In this document: positions 1-22,599 of the stretch, piece by piece | How the letters are laid out: each line of letters begins with the position of its first letter | How positions within the stretch are numbered: the first letter of the stretch is position 1 | Notes under the pieces: model-generated | Database searches by the model: none | What the model was told of the DNA's origin: nothing | Seen by the model: only the letters and a program-made list of their open reading frames with translations | From: the human T2T-CHM13v2.0 reference genome, Homo sapiens | DNA length: 64,000 nucleotides | Reading direction: 5' to 3' (one strand) | NCBI RefSeq assembly: GCF_009914755.1 | Contig: NC_060943.1 | Made by a program: the position numbers and the translations under genes

Positions 1-170
1 TGCCTCAGCCTCCCGAGTAGATGGGATTAAAGGCGCTCGCCACCATGCCCAGCTAATTTTTGTATTTTTGTAGAGACGGGGTTTCACCATATTGGCCAGG
101 CTGGTCTCGAACTCCTGACCTCGGCCTCCCAAAGTGCTGGGATTACAGGCATGAGCCACTGCACCTGGCC
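1..170 (-). mobile_element. Alu (partial, cut by the window edge)
   Basis: Antisense Alu consensus. Confidence 0.95.
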
Positions 171-189
171 GAAAATTTTTTTTAGAAAA

Positions 190-408
190 GAAAAGGCGCA
201 ACAATGAGCATCCTTGGACATGAATCTCTTACACTCTCTGAAGTTTTTCTTCAGGACAAATTCATCCTGGAGTTGCTTGTCAAGAGACCATAAAACAAAT
301 AGTAAGGCTTTTGATACATTTTATCAAATTATCTCTGAAACTTCATAAAATACATATCCTTCCATTGTACATCAGCCTGTTCATTTACTCTCATCCATGC
401 CAATAATG
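190..408 (-). mobile_element. Ancient L1M fragment
   Basis: CAATGAGCATCCTTGGACAT..GGACAAATTC..GGCTTTTGATACATTTTATCAAATT. Confidence 0.6.
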
Positions 409-416
409 GGAGTTGT

Positions 417-979
<563 letters not shown>

Positions 980-1081
980 CCAGGAGTTGTTATATTTTAA
1001 AAATCAAGGTATATCATCTAGCAAGTCTACTTCTAGATCTGTGTCCAAAATAGTTGAAAAGAGGTGTTTAAACAAATACAT

Positions 1082-1380
<299 letters not shown>

Positions 1381-1431
1381 ATAAATATATTTGTTTGTAA
1401 ATATCAATATATTAATAAATAATATCAATAA

Positions 1432-1847
1432 ATGGTTGGTGGATGAATGGAAGAGATGGATTGATAGATCAGTGGGTAGGCAGTGTATGGATGAATGGTT
1501 GGATGCGTGTATGGATGAATGATCACAGGAATAGATGGATGAATGGGTGTACAGATGAATGGAAGAATGGATGGACAGATGAATGGACGGATGAATTTAT
1601 GGAAGGTGTATTATAATAGATGATGGATGTATAGATGGAAAAATTGATGATAGGTGGATAGATGAATGAATGGATGGATAGGCGAATGGATGAGTCTATA
1701 GATGGATGATGAATGTATGGTGGCAGTACGGACGGACAGATCAATGGACAGATGGATGGATAGTGAATGTATGGTGGAAGTATGGATGGACAGATCAATG
1801 GACGGATGGATGGGTAGACAGTTGGGTAATAGTGGGTGGATGGATGG
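1432..1847 (+). repeat. Degenerate (TGGA)n simple repeat, left part
   Basis: GGAT/TGGA periodicity; interrupted at 1848 by an LTR. Confidence 0.93.
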
Positions 1848-2541
<694 letters not shown>

Positions 2542-3365
2542 GATGGATGAGTGGGTGGGTGATGGATGGAGGGAGGGAGGGAGGAAGGGATGAATGGGTG
2601 GATGGACGACAGAATGGATGGATGGATAGGTAGATGGATGGATGAATGGGTGGGCAGGTGGATAGGTGGATGAGTGGATGGGTAGATGAGTGGATGGATG
2701 GGTGGGTAGATGAGTGGGTGGATGGATGGATGGATGGATGGATGGATGGATGGATGGATGGGTCAATGGGTGGATGGGTGGATGGATGGATGGGCACATG
2801 GGAGGATAGATGGATGGATGGACGGATGGGTCAATAATTGGGTGGATGGATGGATAGAGAAATGGATGGGTCAATGGATGGATGGGTGGGTGGATGGATG
2901 GATGGATGGATGGATGGATAGAGAAATGGATGGGTCAATGGATGGATGGGTGGGTGGATGGATGGATGGATGGATGGATGGATGGATGGATGGATGGATA
3001 TGTGAATGGATGGATGAATGGATGGATGAGTGGGTGGGTGGCTGGATAGATGGATGGATGGGCAGGTATATGTGTGGGTGGATGGATGGGTGGGTGGATG
3101 GATGGATGGATGGGCAGGTGCATGTGTGGGTGGATGGATGGGTGGGTGGATGGATGGATGGATGGGCAGGTGCATGTGTAGATGGATGGATGGGTGGATG
3201 GATGTGTGAATGGATGGATGGGTGGGTGGGTGGACAGATGGATGGATGGGCAGGTGCATGTGTGGGTGGATGGATGGATGGATGAATGGATGGATTAATG
3301 GATGGATGGATGGATGAGTGGATGGGTGCATGGATAAGGATACACATGGATGGGTGAGGAGATGA
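2542..3365 (+). repeat. (TGGA)n simple repeat, right part
   Basis: Long GGAT/GGGT array; the source of the WMDG/HPSI pseudo-ORFs. Confidence 0.95.
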
Positions 3366-3970
3366 ATAGACAGGTAGTTGGGCAATTGTCCCTGTGAGTC
3401 CCGCATCAATGGGAATGCATGCCACCCCTTCCAAGGGCCTCTTGGCTCACAGGTGTTGCACTTCCAGGATTGAATGCAGCCATCTGCCACTCCCTGGATC
3501 CCAGTCTCCCTGCACAGACTCATCCTGGGGGAGGGGACACAGAGTCCACGTTGCTGCCCCTCCCATGCTAGCCTGCAAACCTCCTCCCCAGCAAGAGCAG
3601 ATCCAGGAGCCACGAATACGGTGGAGGATGCAAAACGGTAATTAATCTGTGGTGGGAGGGGGGTGTTAATACCTTAAAGACACGGGGACACACTGGCAGC
3701 TCCTACCAATTAGTGACCTAACCCTGCCAGTGTGCTCTCCACGGTGTGGCCGAGTTGATTACTCTAATTAATTTTGCATCGACCTACATGGATCTGCTGG
3801 GAGAGGGCTGATCGGCATGGGAGACAGATGCTGCCAACCCGTAGCACCCCCCTCATTGCCCAGTCCACAAGGTCAAACGCCATCCCACCTGGCCTCCCGG
3901 GCCCTGGGAAGGTGGGGTCGCTCCCGACTCTCCAGGACACACACCAAGACCTGCCTCCCTCCCATCCTCA

Positions 3971-4433
<463 letters not shown>

Positions 4434-4782
4434 TCATTTCAACCTGAGAATGAACAGCAGTGATGGACCAGGTGTGGTGGTTCATACCTGTGATCCCAGC
4501 ACTTTGGGGAGGCCAAGGTGGGAGGATCGCTTGAGCCCAGAAGTCGAGGCTGCAGTGAGCCGTGATTGCACCACTGCACTCCAGCCTGGACAATAGAGCA
4601 AGACCCTGTCTCAAAATAAATAAATAAATAAAAGACAATAGCAGTGATGGAGGCGTCAGATGGGAGAGAATGGAGGCGGCATGAACTAGATGCTTACAGT
4701 TCTTGAGGCTTCCCTGTCTTGGCTTTTACCACAGCCCAGGCTAACCTTACCATGCATGGGGGAGCTGCCCTACATCCCAAGG

Positions 4783-5914
<1,132 letters not shown>

Positions 5915-6119
5915 TAGGCCTCCCAAAGTGCTGGAGTTACAGGCGTGAGCCATCGCGCCTGGCCGTGAATGCACCGTTTAACTTGAACTAACCCATCCTG
6001 AGACAACAGCCTGGGGACCAAGAATCTCTCCCGGCTTTTCCCAACACCCCAGTTCCCCGCCCCGTTTTCTCCATTACCAGATGAATGATGAGGAAGGACT
6101 ACAGTGTTGAGTTGAACTA

Positions 6120-6992
<873 letters not shown>

Positions 6993-7228
6993 TAAAAAAA
7001 GATTTTTTTTTTTTAGAGACAGGGTCTCGCTATGTTGTCCAGGCTGGTCTTGAACTCCTGAGCACACGTGATCTCCTGAGGAGATGTCTCTGCAAAAAAT
7101 TGTATCTGCAAAAAATTGTAACAATTAGCTGGGTAGCCGGGCACCATGGCTCACGCCTGTAATCCCAGCACTTTGGGAGGCCGAGGCGGGTGGATCAGAA
7201 GGTCAGGAGATCGAGACCATCCTGGCTA

Positions 7229-7447
<219 letters not shown>

Positions 7448-7464
7448 TCAATAAAACTGAGGTG

Positions 7465-7830
7465 GGGGGAAGAAAAATACAAAACAATTGAAGGACAAAA
7501 AAGAACGTGGAAGAAATGGAGAGACATCCCAACTGCCAGGTGAAATGGCCAAATAATGTTAAAATGTCAATTTCCTCTATGTGAATCCATACATCTTTAT
7601 TTCAATACCAATCAAAATTCCAATCTGACTTTTGTTCAGAGTGAAGGAGAACCGAACACAATTATTTTAAAATTCATATGAAAGAATATACATTTCAGAC
7701 TCACCAGGAATTTTTTTTTAAGAAAAGAGTAGAGGAAGGGCATTTGTTTTTGTAAGAAGTTGAAATGTATTGTAAAATGACAATAATTATAAAGTTACAA
7801 TATCGTTTACCTAAAAACTAATCAAAGTGT
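7465..7830 (+). mobile_element. Ancient L1 (L1M) ORF2 fragment
   Basis: AAATGGAGAGACATCCC..AATAATGTTAAAATGTCAATT..CCAATCAAAATTCCA..AAAATTCATATG matches the decayed KWRDIP..IVKMSI..PIKIP..KFIW segment. Confidence 0.8.
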
Positions 7831-7920
7831 ATATTAACTTAGAGTGGAATTGAGGCGTCTTTCCCTTTTTGGCGGGGAAGGCTGTGGTTGGCATAACTGG
7901 GTACCATTAAGAATATAATA

Positions 7921-12018
<4,098 letters not shown>

Positions 12019-13026
12019 TTAATTATCAATGATGACATTTTCTTCATTTTACTTTTTAATATTTTCTAATTAGTTTTTCAGTCAGAAAGAAAGAACGGCC
12101 AACCATGTACGGCAGGTCACAGATAATATGCAAAGCCATTTCTGTAAACGTCTTTAATATTTATGTACAATTATTTTGCACGTATGTGCATGTTTACAGG
12201 CAAGACACTTCCAAAGCTTTCTCTCTGGAACAGTGAGATTGATAATTTTTTGTTGTGGTGGTTGATGGTCTCCATTTTACTACAGTTTTACCACCCAAGA
12301 CACGCATTGTTTGTGTAATAAAAAATAATAACTAGATTTATTTTTCTACCTCCTTCACTTCCCCTGTGGCCTCTCTCGAATTTGCCCGACAACCTTTCCC
12401 AACACCCATGATAATTGATCCTTAATCAAATATTCAAATGGGTGCTTCAAGGAAAGGCACGGTGCTTTGGCAATTTGGATGATAAATAATATTTCTTCGC
12501 TTTGTCCCCCCCACGCTGCTTCTCCCTCCCTAGTCCCCCTCTTTTTGCAGCCCAACCCCGACGTCGCCCCCCGCCCCACTAGAATCTCGCAAATATCTTT
12601 TGGTTTTAAGAGTTCCCTGGGGAAGCCTTGTTCTAAATGAGGTGTAAAAATCTAAGCGGCACAAAAAAAAAAAATAGTGCGAGGTTGGAATCAATATTCT
12701 CTTCACAGCTCCATCGATTAACAACCATATTCTTCATTTATTAATTATGAAGGGGGATTTCAGAGCCTCCGTCTCCTTCTTTCGTGGTAACATGGCGGCT
12801 TCCCCTCCTCCCTGCCTCCCCCAGGTCTGGGGCCTGTGGTACCCAGGGCTCAGCATCCCCGGGGCCAGGGGAAGAGGGAGGGAAGTGGGCGTTCTGCCCC
12901 CACTGGCAGGTCCAGCCAGGAGCAGAGAGCTCTGTCTGGCTTTGGAATCTGCCTCAACGCAAAGGAGTCTAGTTCTCCGTTCCCGTGCTGGCTTTGCCAT
13001 CTGTCTCTTTAGAAGACAAGCTCCAT

Positions 13027-13326
13027 GGCCGGGTGTGGTGGCTCACGCCTGTCATCCCAGCACTTTGGGAGGCCGAGGCAGGTGGATCATCTGAGGTCAG
13101 GAGTTTGAAACCAGCCTGGCCAACATGGTGAAACCCCGTCTCTGCTAAAAATACAAAAAATTAGTCAGGTGTGGTGGTGCGCACCTGCAATCCCAGCTAC
13201 TCGGGAGGCTGAGGTAGGAGAATCGCTTGAACCCAGGAAGGCAGAGGTTGCAGTGAGCCGAGATGCTGCCGCTGCACTCCAGCCTGGGCAACAGAGTGAG
13301 ACTCTGTCTCAAAAAAAAAAAAAAAA
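13027..13326 (+). mobile_element. AluS-like
   Basis: Full length; TSD AGA(C/T)AAGCTCCAT. Confidence 0.95.
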
Positions 13327-13875
13327 GGGGGGAGATAAGCTCCATGTGGGACCTTGTTTGCTTTCCCCTGCTGTGTTTCTGACTCTGGGCACACGTGCTC
13401 TATGAAACTGTGCTGAGTGAGTGATAAGACAGTGGCAGAATCACATACACAAGAGACGGGAAGGAAAGAGTGGAGTTCAAAAGCTGGCTCTGACTACGGT
13501 CCATTCATGTGCGTTGGCCTCTGGGTGTCTCGCCTCCCTTTCTGCTGCTCTATTTCTGACCCTGGACACACATGCTCAGTAAAGCTGTGCTGAGCCAGTT
13601 AACCATGAGCAGGGTGGCGGAGTGCGGCACCTGGCAGCCCTGGATCTCGCTTTCCTAACCTCGTGGGCCTCAGTTTTCTCATCTGTAAAATGGCACCTCC
13701 ATCAGATGAGGCCATACCTCATGTCAGCCTTTGTTTGGGCTGAACCCCCTTGTTTATATTGGGGGGATGTCTTTGATCTGGGAAGTCACTGGGTCAGGAC
13801 GCAGGTCAGATTCACCTTTGTCCCCAGAGCACAGCATCAGGATGGCCCAGAAGTGATCACTGAAAGTTCTTGCGG

Positions 13876-15545
13876 GTGGACAAATGGATGGGTGGGAGGT
13901 TGGATGGGATGGATGCATGAGTGAGTGTGTGGGTGGGGGATGAACGGATGTATGGGAGGGCAGACGAGTGAATGGGTATGTAAGTGGATAGATGCGTGAA
14001 TGAATCGGTCAATGAGTCTGAGTGTAGTTGGATGGGTGACTGGAGGAATTGAGTGAATGGATGTATGGATAGATGGGTACATGGGTGTGTGGATGGGTGG
14101 AAGGGTGAGTGGATAGGTAGAACAATGAATGGGTGGATGGCAAAATAAAAGATAAACAATGAATGAGTGGATGAATAGATGGGTAAATGGTCTGGTGAAT
14201 GGATCGGTGGGTGGCTGGTTGGCTAGGTGGGTGAGTGGATCGATATATGAGTGAATATATGTGTAATGAGTGGGAGAATAGACAAATGGCTAGATGGATG
14301 GGTGGACGGATGGCTAGAAAGACAGACAAATGGATGAGTGGATGGGAGGATAAATGGGTGGATGGATGGGAGGGTGGATGGATGGGTGGATGGATGGATA
14401 GGTGGGTGGATGGATGAGAGGATGGGTGGGTGGATGGATGAGAGGATGGATGGGTGGATGGATGGATAGGTGAGTGGTGGATGTATGTACGTATGAATGG
14501 ATAGGATAGATGGGTGGATGGATGGACAGATGGGTAGATGGATAGAAGGATGGCTGGGTGCAGGAGGATGAATGGGTGGATGGGAGGATGGATGTATGGG
14601 TGGATGGATGGATAGGTGGGTGGATGGATGGATGTATAAATGGATAGGATAGATGAATGGATAGATGGATAAGTGGGTGGATGGATGAGAGGATGGATGG
14701 GTGTAGAGGATGAATGGGTGGATGGGAGGATGGATGGATGAGAAAATCAGTGGGTGGATAGATGAATGAATGGATGAGAGGATGGAGGACAAATGGGTGG
14801 GAGGTTGAATAGATGAATGGATGAATAGGTGGGAGGATGGATGGAGGGTTGGGTGAGTGAGTGGATGGATGGACAGAGGGGTGGGAGGATGGATGGATGG
14901 ATGGATGGATGGATGGATGGATGGAACATGGATGGATGGATGGATGGATAGATGGAAAGATGGATGGATGGGTGGATGGATGGATGTGTAGATGGGTAGA
15001 TGGATGGGAGAATGAATGTGTGTGAGAGGTTGGATGGATGGATGGGAGGGTGGATGGAGGGATGGGTGGATGGATGGATTCATGGGTAGATGGAGGACGG
15101 ATAAGTGTGGGAAAATGGTTGGATGATAAATGGGTGAGTGTCTTGATGGAGGGGCAGGTGGGTGGGTTGGTGGGTGGATGGATGGGTAGATGGGTAGATG
15201 GATGAGAGAATGAACGAGTGTGAGAGGATGGATGGATGGGAGAACGGATGGACAGGTGGATGGATGGATGGATGGATTCATGGGTAGATGGAGGATGGAT
15301 GAGTGTGGGAGAATGGATGGATGATAAATGGGTGAGTGTCTTGATGGAGGGGCAGGTGGGTGGGTTGGTGGGTGGATGGTGGGTGAGTGGGTGGGTTGGT
15401 GGGTGGATGGTGGGTGGGTGGGTGGATGGTGGGTGAGCGGGTGTGTGGTGGATGGTGGGTGGGTGGGTGGATGGTGGATGGTGGGTGGGTGGATGGTGGG
15501 TGAGTGGGTGGGTGGTGGTTGGGTGGGTAGGTATAGGTGGGTGAA
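13876..15545 (+). repeat. Long degenerate (TGGA)n/(TGGG)n array (about 1.7 kb)
   Basis: GGAT/GGGT periodicity with an internal 198-bp duplication. Confidence 0.95.
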
Positions 15546-15889
15546 CACAGGGCCTCAGCGGGATTATTTTGCGTTGGTTCCCGGTGCAGCACTTAAGCTT
15601 TCCGGAGCTCCCTTTCCAAGTATTTGTTGTACCTGTAGGAGGACACCTAGTCCGGCTCAGTTCTCTGTAAAGGACAGTGGGGTGCAGTGGGGAGGGGGAG
15701 GGGAGGCCTATAAGAGGGTCTCATCAGTTCTCCAGCCGGGGACTGGAGCTGGGATCAAGTGGTGGGCGGAGGAGGGGTGCTGGGGGGAAGAGCAGAATTC
15801 CAGGGCCAGAAGGGACTCCAGGTTGAGTGGGAAGCCCAGCCACCCAGCCTGGCCCCCTCTCCACCTCCCTGACAGACCCTCTAACAACC

Positions 15890-16430
15890 GAGCTGGCCGC
15901 TCCCCTCCCTGCCCACCACCACCCTCCAGGGCTCCCGACGCCCCTGCCCATCCCCCCGCCCCTCCCCCACTCCAAGCGCTCCCAGCCTCCCCCTCCCCCG
16001 GCCGTGTCTGTACCCCGCCCCCCTGCTCTCCGCGGGGGCCCGGGAGGAGAGGAGGCGGCTCCGTGCGGGGTGCCGGGGCGCAGAGCCCGCGGCGGGAGCT
16101 GTCAGCGCCGATCGTGGGGAGGGGGCTCCTCTGCCCCAGGTCGATGGGAGCGGGGGCCCAGGCTGCGGTTTACACTGAATCCACAAAAATCACCGAAGCT
16201 TGAAAAGTGCTCAATAAGCCATCGATCGCTCTCTGCTGATCGGTGCCGCCGCCGCAGCGGGGCTGGGGGGAAAGGCGGGGCGAGCAGACCCAGGCTCCCT
16301 GCCTGTGCCCCACGCGGGACCGCGGCCCTGCATCTGCCCCCCACCCACGCGAGGCTGCAGCCCCAGGGCCTGGGCAAGAGGTTCCCATCCCGCCTGCAGG
16401 CCCGGGCTGCAGGCCTGACCACGCTGAGGG
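15890..16430. promoter_or_regulatory. Small orphan CpG island / candidate enhancer
   Basis: CpG-dense unique sequence with an AT-richer motif core at 16165-16245. Confidence 0.75.
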
Positions 16431-16517
16431 GTGGGGAGGGAGGGGGTTAGAAAGAACGCCCCCTCCTCTGTCCTCCCAAAGCTCTCTGTGGCCCTGGGAC
16501 TGCAAAATTCTTCCCCA

Positions 16518-16810
16518 GGCCGGGCGCGGTGGCTCACGCCTGTCATCCCTGCACTTTGGGAGGCCGACGAGGGTGGATCGCCTGAAGTCAGGAGTTCCAC
16601 ACCAGCCTGGCCAACATGGTGAAACCCCGGCTCTACTAAAAATACAAAAATTAGCCTGGCGTGGTGGTGTGCACCTGTAATCCCAACTACTCGGGAGGCG
16701 GAGGCAGGAGAATCCCTTGAACCTGGGAGGCAGAGGTTGCAGTGAGCCAAGATGGAGATACTGCACTCCAGCCTGGGCAACAGAGCGAAACTCCGCCTAA
16801 AAAAAAAAAA
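16518..16810 (+). mobile_element. AluS-like
   Basis: Full length; TSD AAAAT(T/C)CTTCCCCA. Confidence 0.95.
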
Positions 16811-16834
16811 TCCTTCCCCAGATACTTCCAGAGA

Positions 16835-16940
16835 TATGGAATTAAGACAAATCCTGGCTCATTCACTGTGACTGCTGTGTGACCTTGAGTGTGTTTCTTA
16901 ACCTCTCTGTGCCTCCATTGCCATATCTGTAAGATGGATA
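16835..16940 (+). mobile_element. MIR (representative; further MIR cores near 13660, 18560, 19160, 36210, 40690, 41560, 42170, 44380, 55790, 56980, 59040)
   Basis: Core CTGTGTGACCTTGAG..TTAACCTCTCTGTGCCTC..ATCTGTAA; elsewhere CCTCAGTTTCCTCATCTGTAAAATGG or its reverse. Confidence 0.75.
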
Positions 16941-18811
16941 TGGCAGCACGCACCCTGCCTGCAATTCATGGCTTCCTTAGGGTCTCACTTGTGAATCTCC
17001 TCTGGCCTTTTGGCAACTTCTTTCCTTCTCAGCTGGGGAAGCCGTTTTCCTGCCTGAAAAACCTCTTCCCCAGTGCAAGGCTTGGAGGCTGGACACAGTT
17101 CGGGGCATTCAGGGAACTGCCAGCACCAGTGGCCATGTATTCGGGAGGAGGTGAGTGGGAAGAGGTGAGGCCATGGGGTGGGCAGCCACTTGCCAGGGGC
17201 AGTGTTTGTTCTTAATTCTGGAGGTAGCAGGGAGCCATGGAGGATCTAGAGCAGAGGTGTGACCTGAATCAAATCGCTCCTTCCCCAGAGCTGAGCCTCT
17301 GTCCTGGGTTGGCCTCTGTGCTGATCTCACCTCCTCTTCCTCTCCCCCCATGGCCCACTGGTCACCACTCCTGGCCCTTCTCCCTCTGAAGTCTCTCCCA
17401 TTGACCCCACACTGGCTCTCTAGGGACCTCCCAAGGCCAGATCTGAACTCGGCCCTCCCTCACTCTAAGCCCTCCCAAAGCTCCCTGTGGCCAACCCAAG
17501 CCCTTGGCCCAGTGCTCTACCCCCACTCCATGAACGAGCTGTTCCACTGCAAGTCCAGCCACGCGCCGCCCAGCCCGCCAGGCCCACCTCCCACCGCAGC
17601 ACCCCCTGGCTGTTGTCACACTCGCCCGCATCCCACCCAGCCTTTGCCCAGCAGTTCCTCTGGACTGGAGGTCGTTCCCCACCCTGCATGCTGGCGAAAG
17701 CACTCCTCATCCTTCAAGCCTCTTTTCCAGGAGCCCTCCCAGGCAGCATCTCCCAGAGACAGCCCCAGCCCGAGGCCTCCTCCGAGCCCTGTCTGCGTCT
17801 TCTCTTGCAGCCCAGGCTGGGGGTGCCTTCTGGCTGGGGGCACCTTCTGCCTGTTTTGTAGAAGGCGGAAGAACGAGGTATTGGTAGCAGGGGCTGGGGT
17901 TGGAGGAGCCCAAGAGACACAAAGCCAGAACCTTCCTCCAACTGCCTGGAAATCTGAGGCCCCACTGGTAGATCTTGCCTCCCACAGCTCCCTCTGGCCT
18001 TTCAGCACAGCCCCCAACTGACACCCAGAAGGACCCCCCCACACCAGGTCCCAAGGGGAGAGAGAGAAGAGAAAAAAACAGAGAGAAAAGGCAAGTGGGA
18101 TCAGGGCCTCCCTCCACTACCCGTTTCACAAGACCCCCCCTTCTTTCTGGAGGCCCCCACTCTGAGAGTCTCAGCTCCCCCACCCGAGCCCCCCATCTGA
18201 TCTGTGCAGGCTCAGGGGCCGCCCCCACTCCCTCCCTCACCCTCTCCCCAAAGGTCAGGGAGCAAATTTCATCCCCACGTGTCTCTCACACCTCGATGAT
18301 TAATAATTGAAGAAAACGTATTTCTTTGGGGGCCCAGGATACATCAGAAATAACTACAGAATTCATATGCTGCCAGAGGCACGACACCCATGGGAAGACA
18401 GAGCCAGGAGAGGGGCACGGGCTTCTGAGGGCCCAGAAGCTGACGGCGCTGCAGAATGATTTCAAAACCACCCTAATAGAATCACCCATGGAGGACGTTC
18501 TCAGCACTGGGAAGGCACCGTGCTGAGGCTTTGGAAGCCAATGACCTCACCAGCTCCATTTTACAGATAGGGAAACCGAGGCACAGACCAGGGAAGTGAC
18601 TTGCTCGTGGTCACACAGTGGGATTCAAGCAAAGACCGTCCCCCACACCCCTTTAACCTGTCCTCCCGTCACCAGTGCCACACTTCCTGCACCCAGGATG
18701 GCACAAGGGCATAGAGGCCGGGGGCATGGGGAAGCTCTCGGTCCTGCACCCTGACAGCCTGTGGCCTGCTCATCACAGACGCGTCATCCCCACTCACCCA
18801 GCATGTCTTGA

Positions 18812-19044
<233 letters not shown>

Positions 19045-19443
19045 TGATCGACCCGCCTTGGCCTCCCCAAGTGCTGGGATTACAGGCGTGAGCCACCATG
19101 CCCAGTCATGTCCTGAAAATCTTGAGGCATCTAAGTTCCGATGCCTTGCCCAGTCTCGTTTAATCCTCACAACCACCCCTGCTCACACAGGAGAAGACCA
19201 AAGCTCAGAGAGGTGAAGCCACCTGCCTGGGGTCCCATGACACAGGGAGGCAAATTCAGGTGTGTCCTTCTTATGAGTCTGTCTTATGAGTCCTGGCATT
19301 GCCCCTCTCATTGGCATTTTTTTTTTTTTTGAGACAGAGTCTTGCTCTGTTGCCTAGTCTGGAGAGCAGTGGTGTGTTCTCGGCTCACTGCAGCCTCTGC
19401 CTCTTGGGTTCAAGTGATTCTCCTGCCTCAGGCTCCTGAGTAG

Positions 19444-19653
<210 letters not shown>

Positions 19654-19729
19654 TGATGCTTGACCCCATATGGGGCCTGCCCCAGGATCTACTTGATGGA
19701 AATTGAAGATGTCAGAAGACACTGAGGTG

Positions 19730-20335
<606 letters not shown>

Positions 20336-20398
20336 GGCCGGGCGTGGTGGCTCTCGTCTGTAATCCCCGCACTCTGGGGGGCCGAGATGGGTGGATCA

Positions 20399-20652
<254 letters not shown>

Positions 20653-20654
20653 TC

Positions 20655-20812
20655 AGAAAGGGATGAGGTTCTGACCCAGACCACAGCATAGATGCACCTT
20701 GAGGACGTCACGCTCAGTGAGAGACGCCAGACACAAAAGGACACACAGTGTGTGATCCTGTTTCTATGAAATGTCCAGGAAAGGCCCATCCACAGAGACA
20801 GGAGGGGATGGG
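20655..20812 (+). mobile_element. Second L1MB/MC-like 3' fragment covering the same consensus segment
   Basis: CCTTGAGGACGTCACGCTCAGTGAGAGACGCCAGACACAAAAGGAC..TATGAAATGTCCAG. Confidence 0.75.
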
Positions 20813-21121
20813 GGGGTCAGAAATTCTAGATGCTTTTTCATTCAGGTGTACGTGCTGGGGGGGCCTTTATTATTCACGTGCCCATCCTCCGCTTATTTCA
20901 ATGTGTTACCCTTGCCCGATGCTGCTCTTCTGCTGTGTTCCGGAACAAAACGTACTGGGCATAGCTTTGCTACCCAAGCGAAGGGGACTGAGAAACAGCG
21001 GTGGCCTCCTCCTTGGGTGGAATGCTGGGTGGTCATCAAAGGTGATGGGGGAGGAGACATTTAAATGACACGGGAAGATGCCCGTGAGATAACAGGAAAG
21101 ACACAGACCACATGAGAGTCA

Positions 21122-21553
<432 letters not shown>

Positions 21554-21599
21554 TCACTGAAGCCTCCAACTCCTGGGCTCAAGAGATCCTCCTGCCTCA

Positions 21600-22022
<423 letters not shown>

Positions 22023-22114
22023 TCAGGTTGGTCGCAAACTCCTGGCCTCAAGTGATCCTCCGACCTCAGCCTCCCAAAGTGCTGTTTTTATAGGCAAGAG
22101 CGATGGCGCCCGGC

Positions 22115-22203
22115 CTCCTAGAGCTTTAGGAGGGAGTATGGCCCTGCCCACACCTTGATTTCAAATTTCAGGCCTCTAGACTGTAGAAAAATACATCTGT
22201 GGG
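22115..22203 (+). mobile_element. MLT1 LTR fragment
   Basis: GGCCCTGCCCACACCTTGATTTC..CAGGCCTCTAGACTGTAGAAAAATACATCTGT resembles the MLT1A-C 3' part. Confidence 0.65.
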
Positions 22204-22223
22204 GTTTTTTGTTTTGTTTTTAG

Positions 22224-22364
<141 letters not shown>

Positions 22365-22599
22365 TAATTTTTGTATTTTTTTGTAGAGATCGGAGTCTCG
22401 CTATGTTGCCCAGGCTGGTCTCCAACTCCTGGCCTCAAATAATCCTCCTGCTTCAGCCTCCCAAATCATTGGGACCAAAGGCACCACCACGCCTGGCAAA
22501 TTTTTGTAGATATGGGTGGGGTGGGTCTCGCTATGTTGTCCGGACTGGTCTCTTAACTCCAGGCCTCAAGCGATCCTCCCGCCTCGGACTCCCACAGCG

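Noticed and set aside
13365-13605. Two similar ~55-bp segments (TTTCTGAC.CTGG.CACAC.TGCTC...CTGTGCTGAG)
   Set aside because: Best explained as decayed L2-type 3' ends or an old local duplication; no sign of function.
14239-14244. ATCGAT inside the TGGA array
   Set aside because: One substitution away from GGATGGAT/GGATAGAT repeat units; probably incidental and not counted as an enhancer site.
14223-16203. 441-aa and 291-aa ORFs
   Set aside because: Translations of the TGGA/TGGG array and the adjacent GC-rich island.
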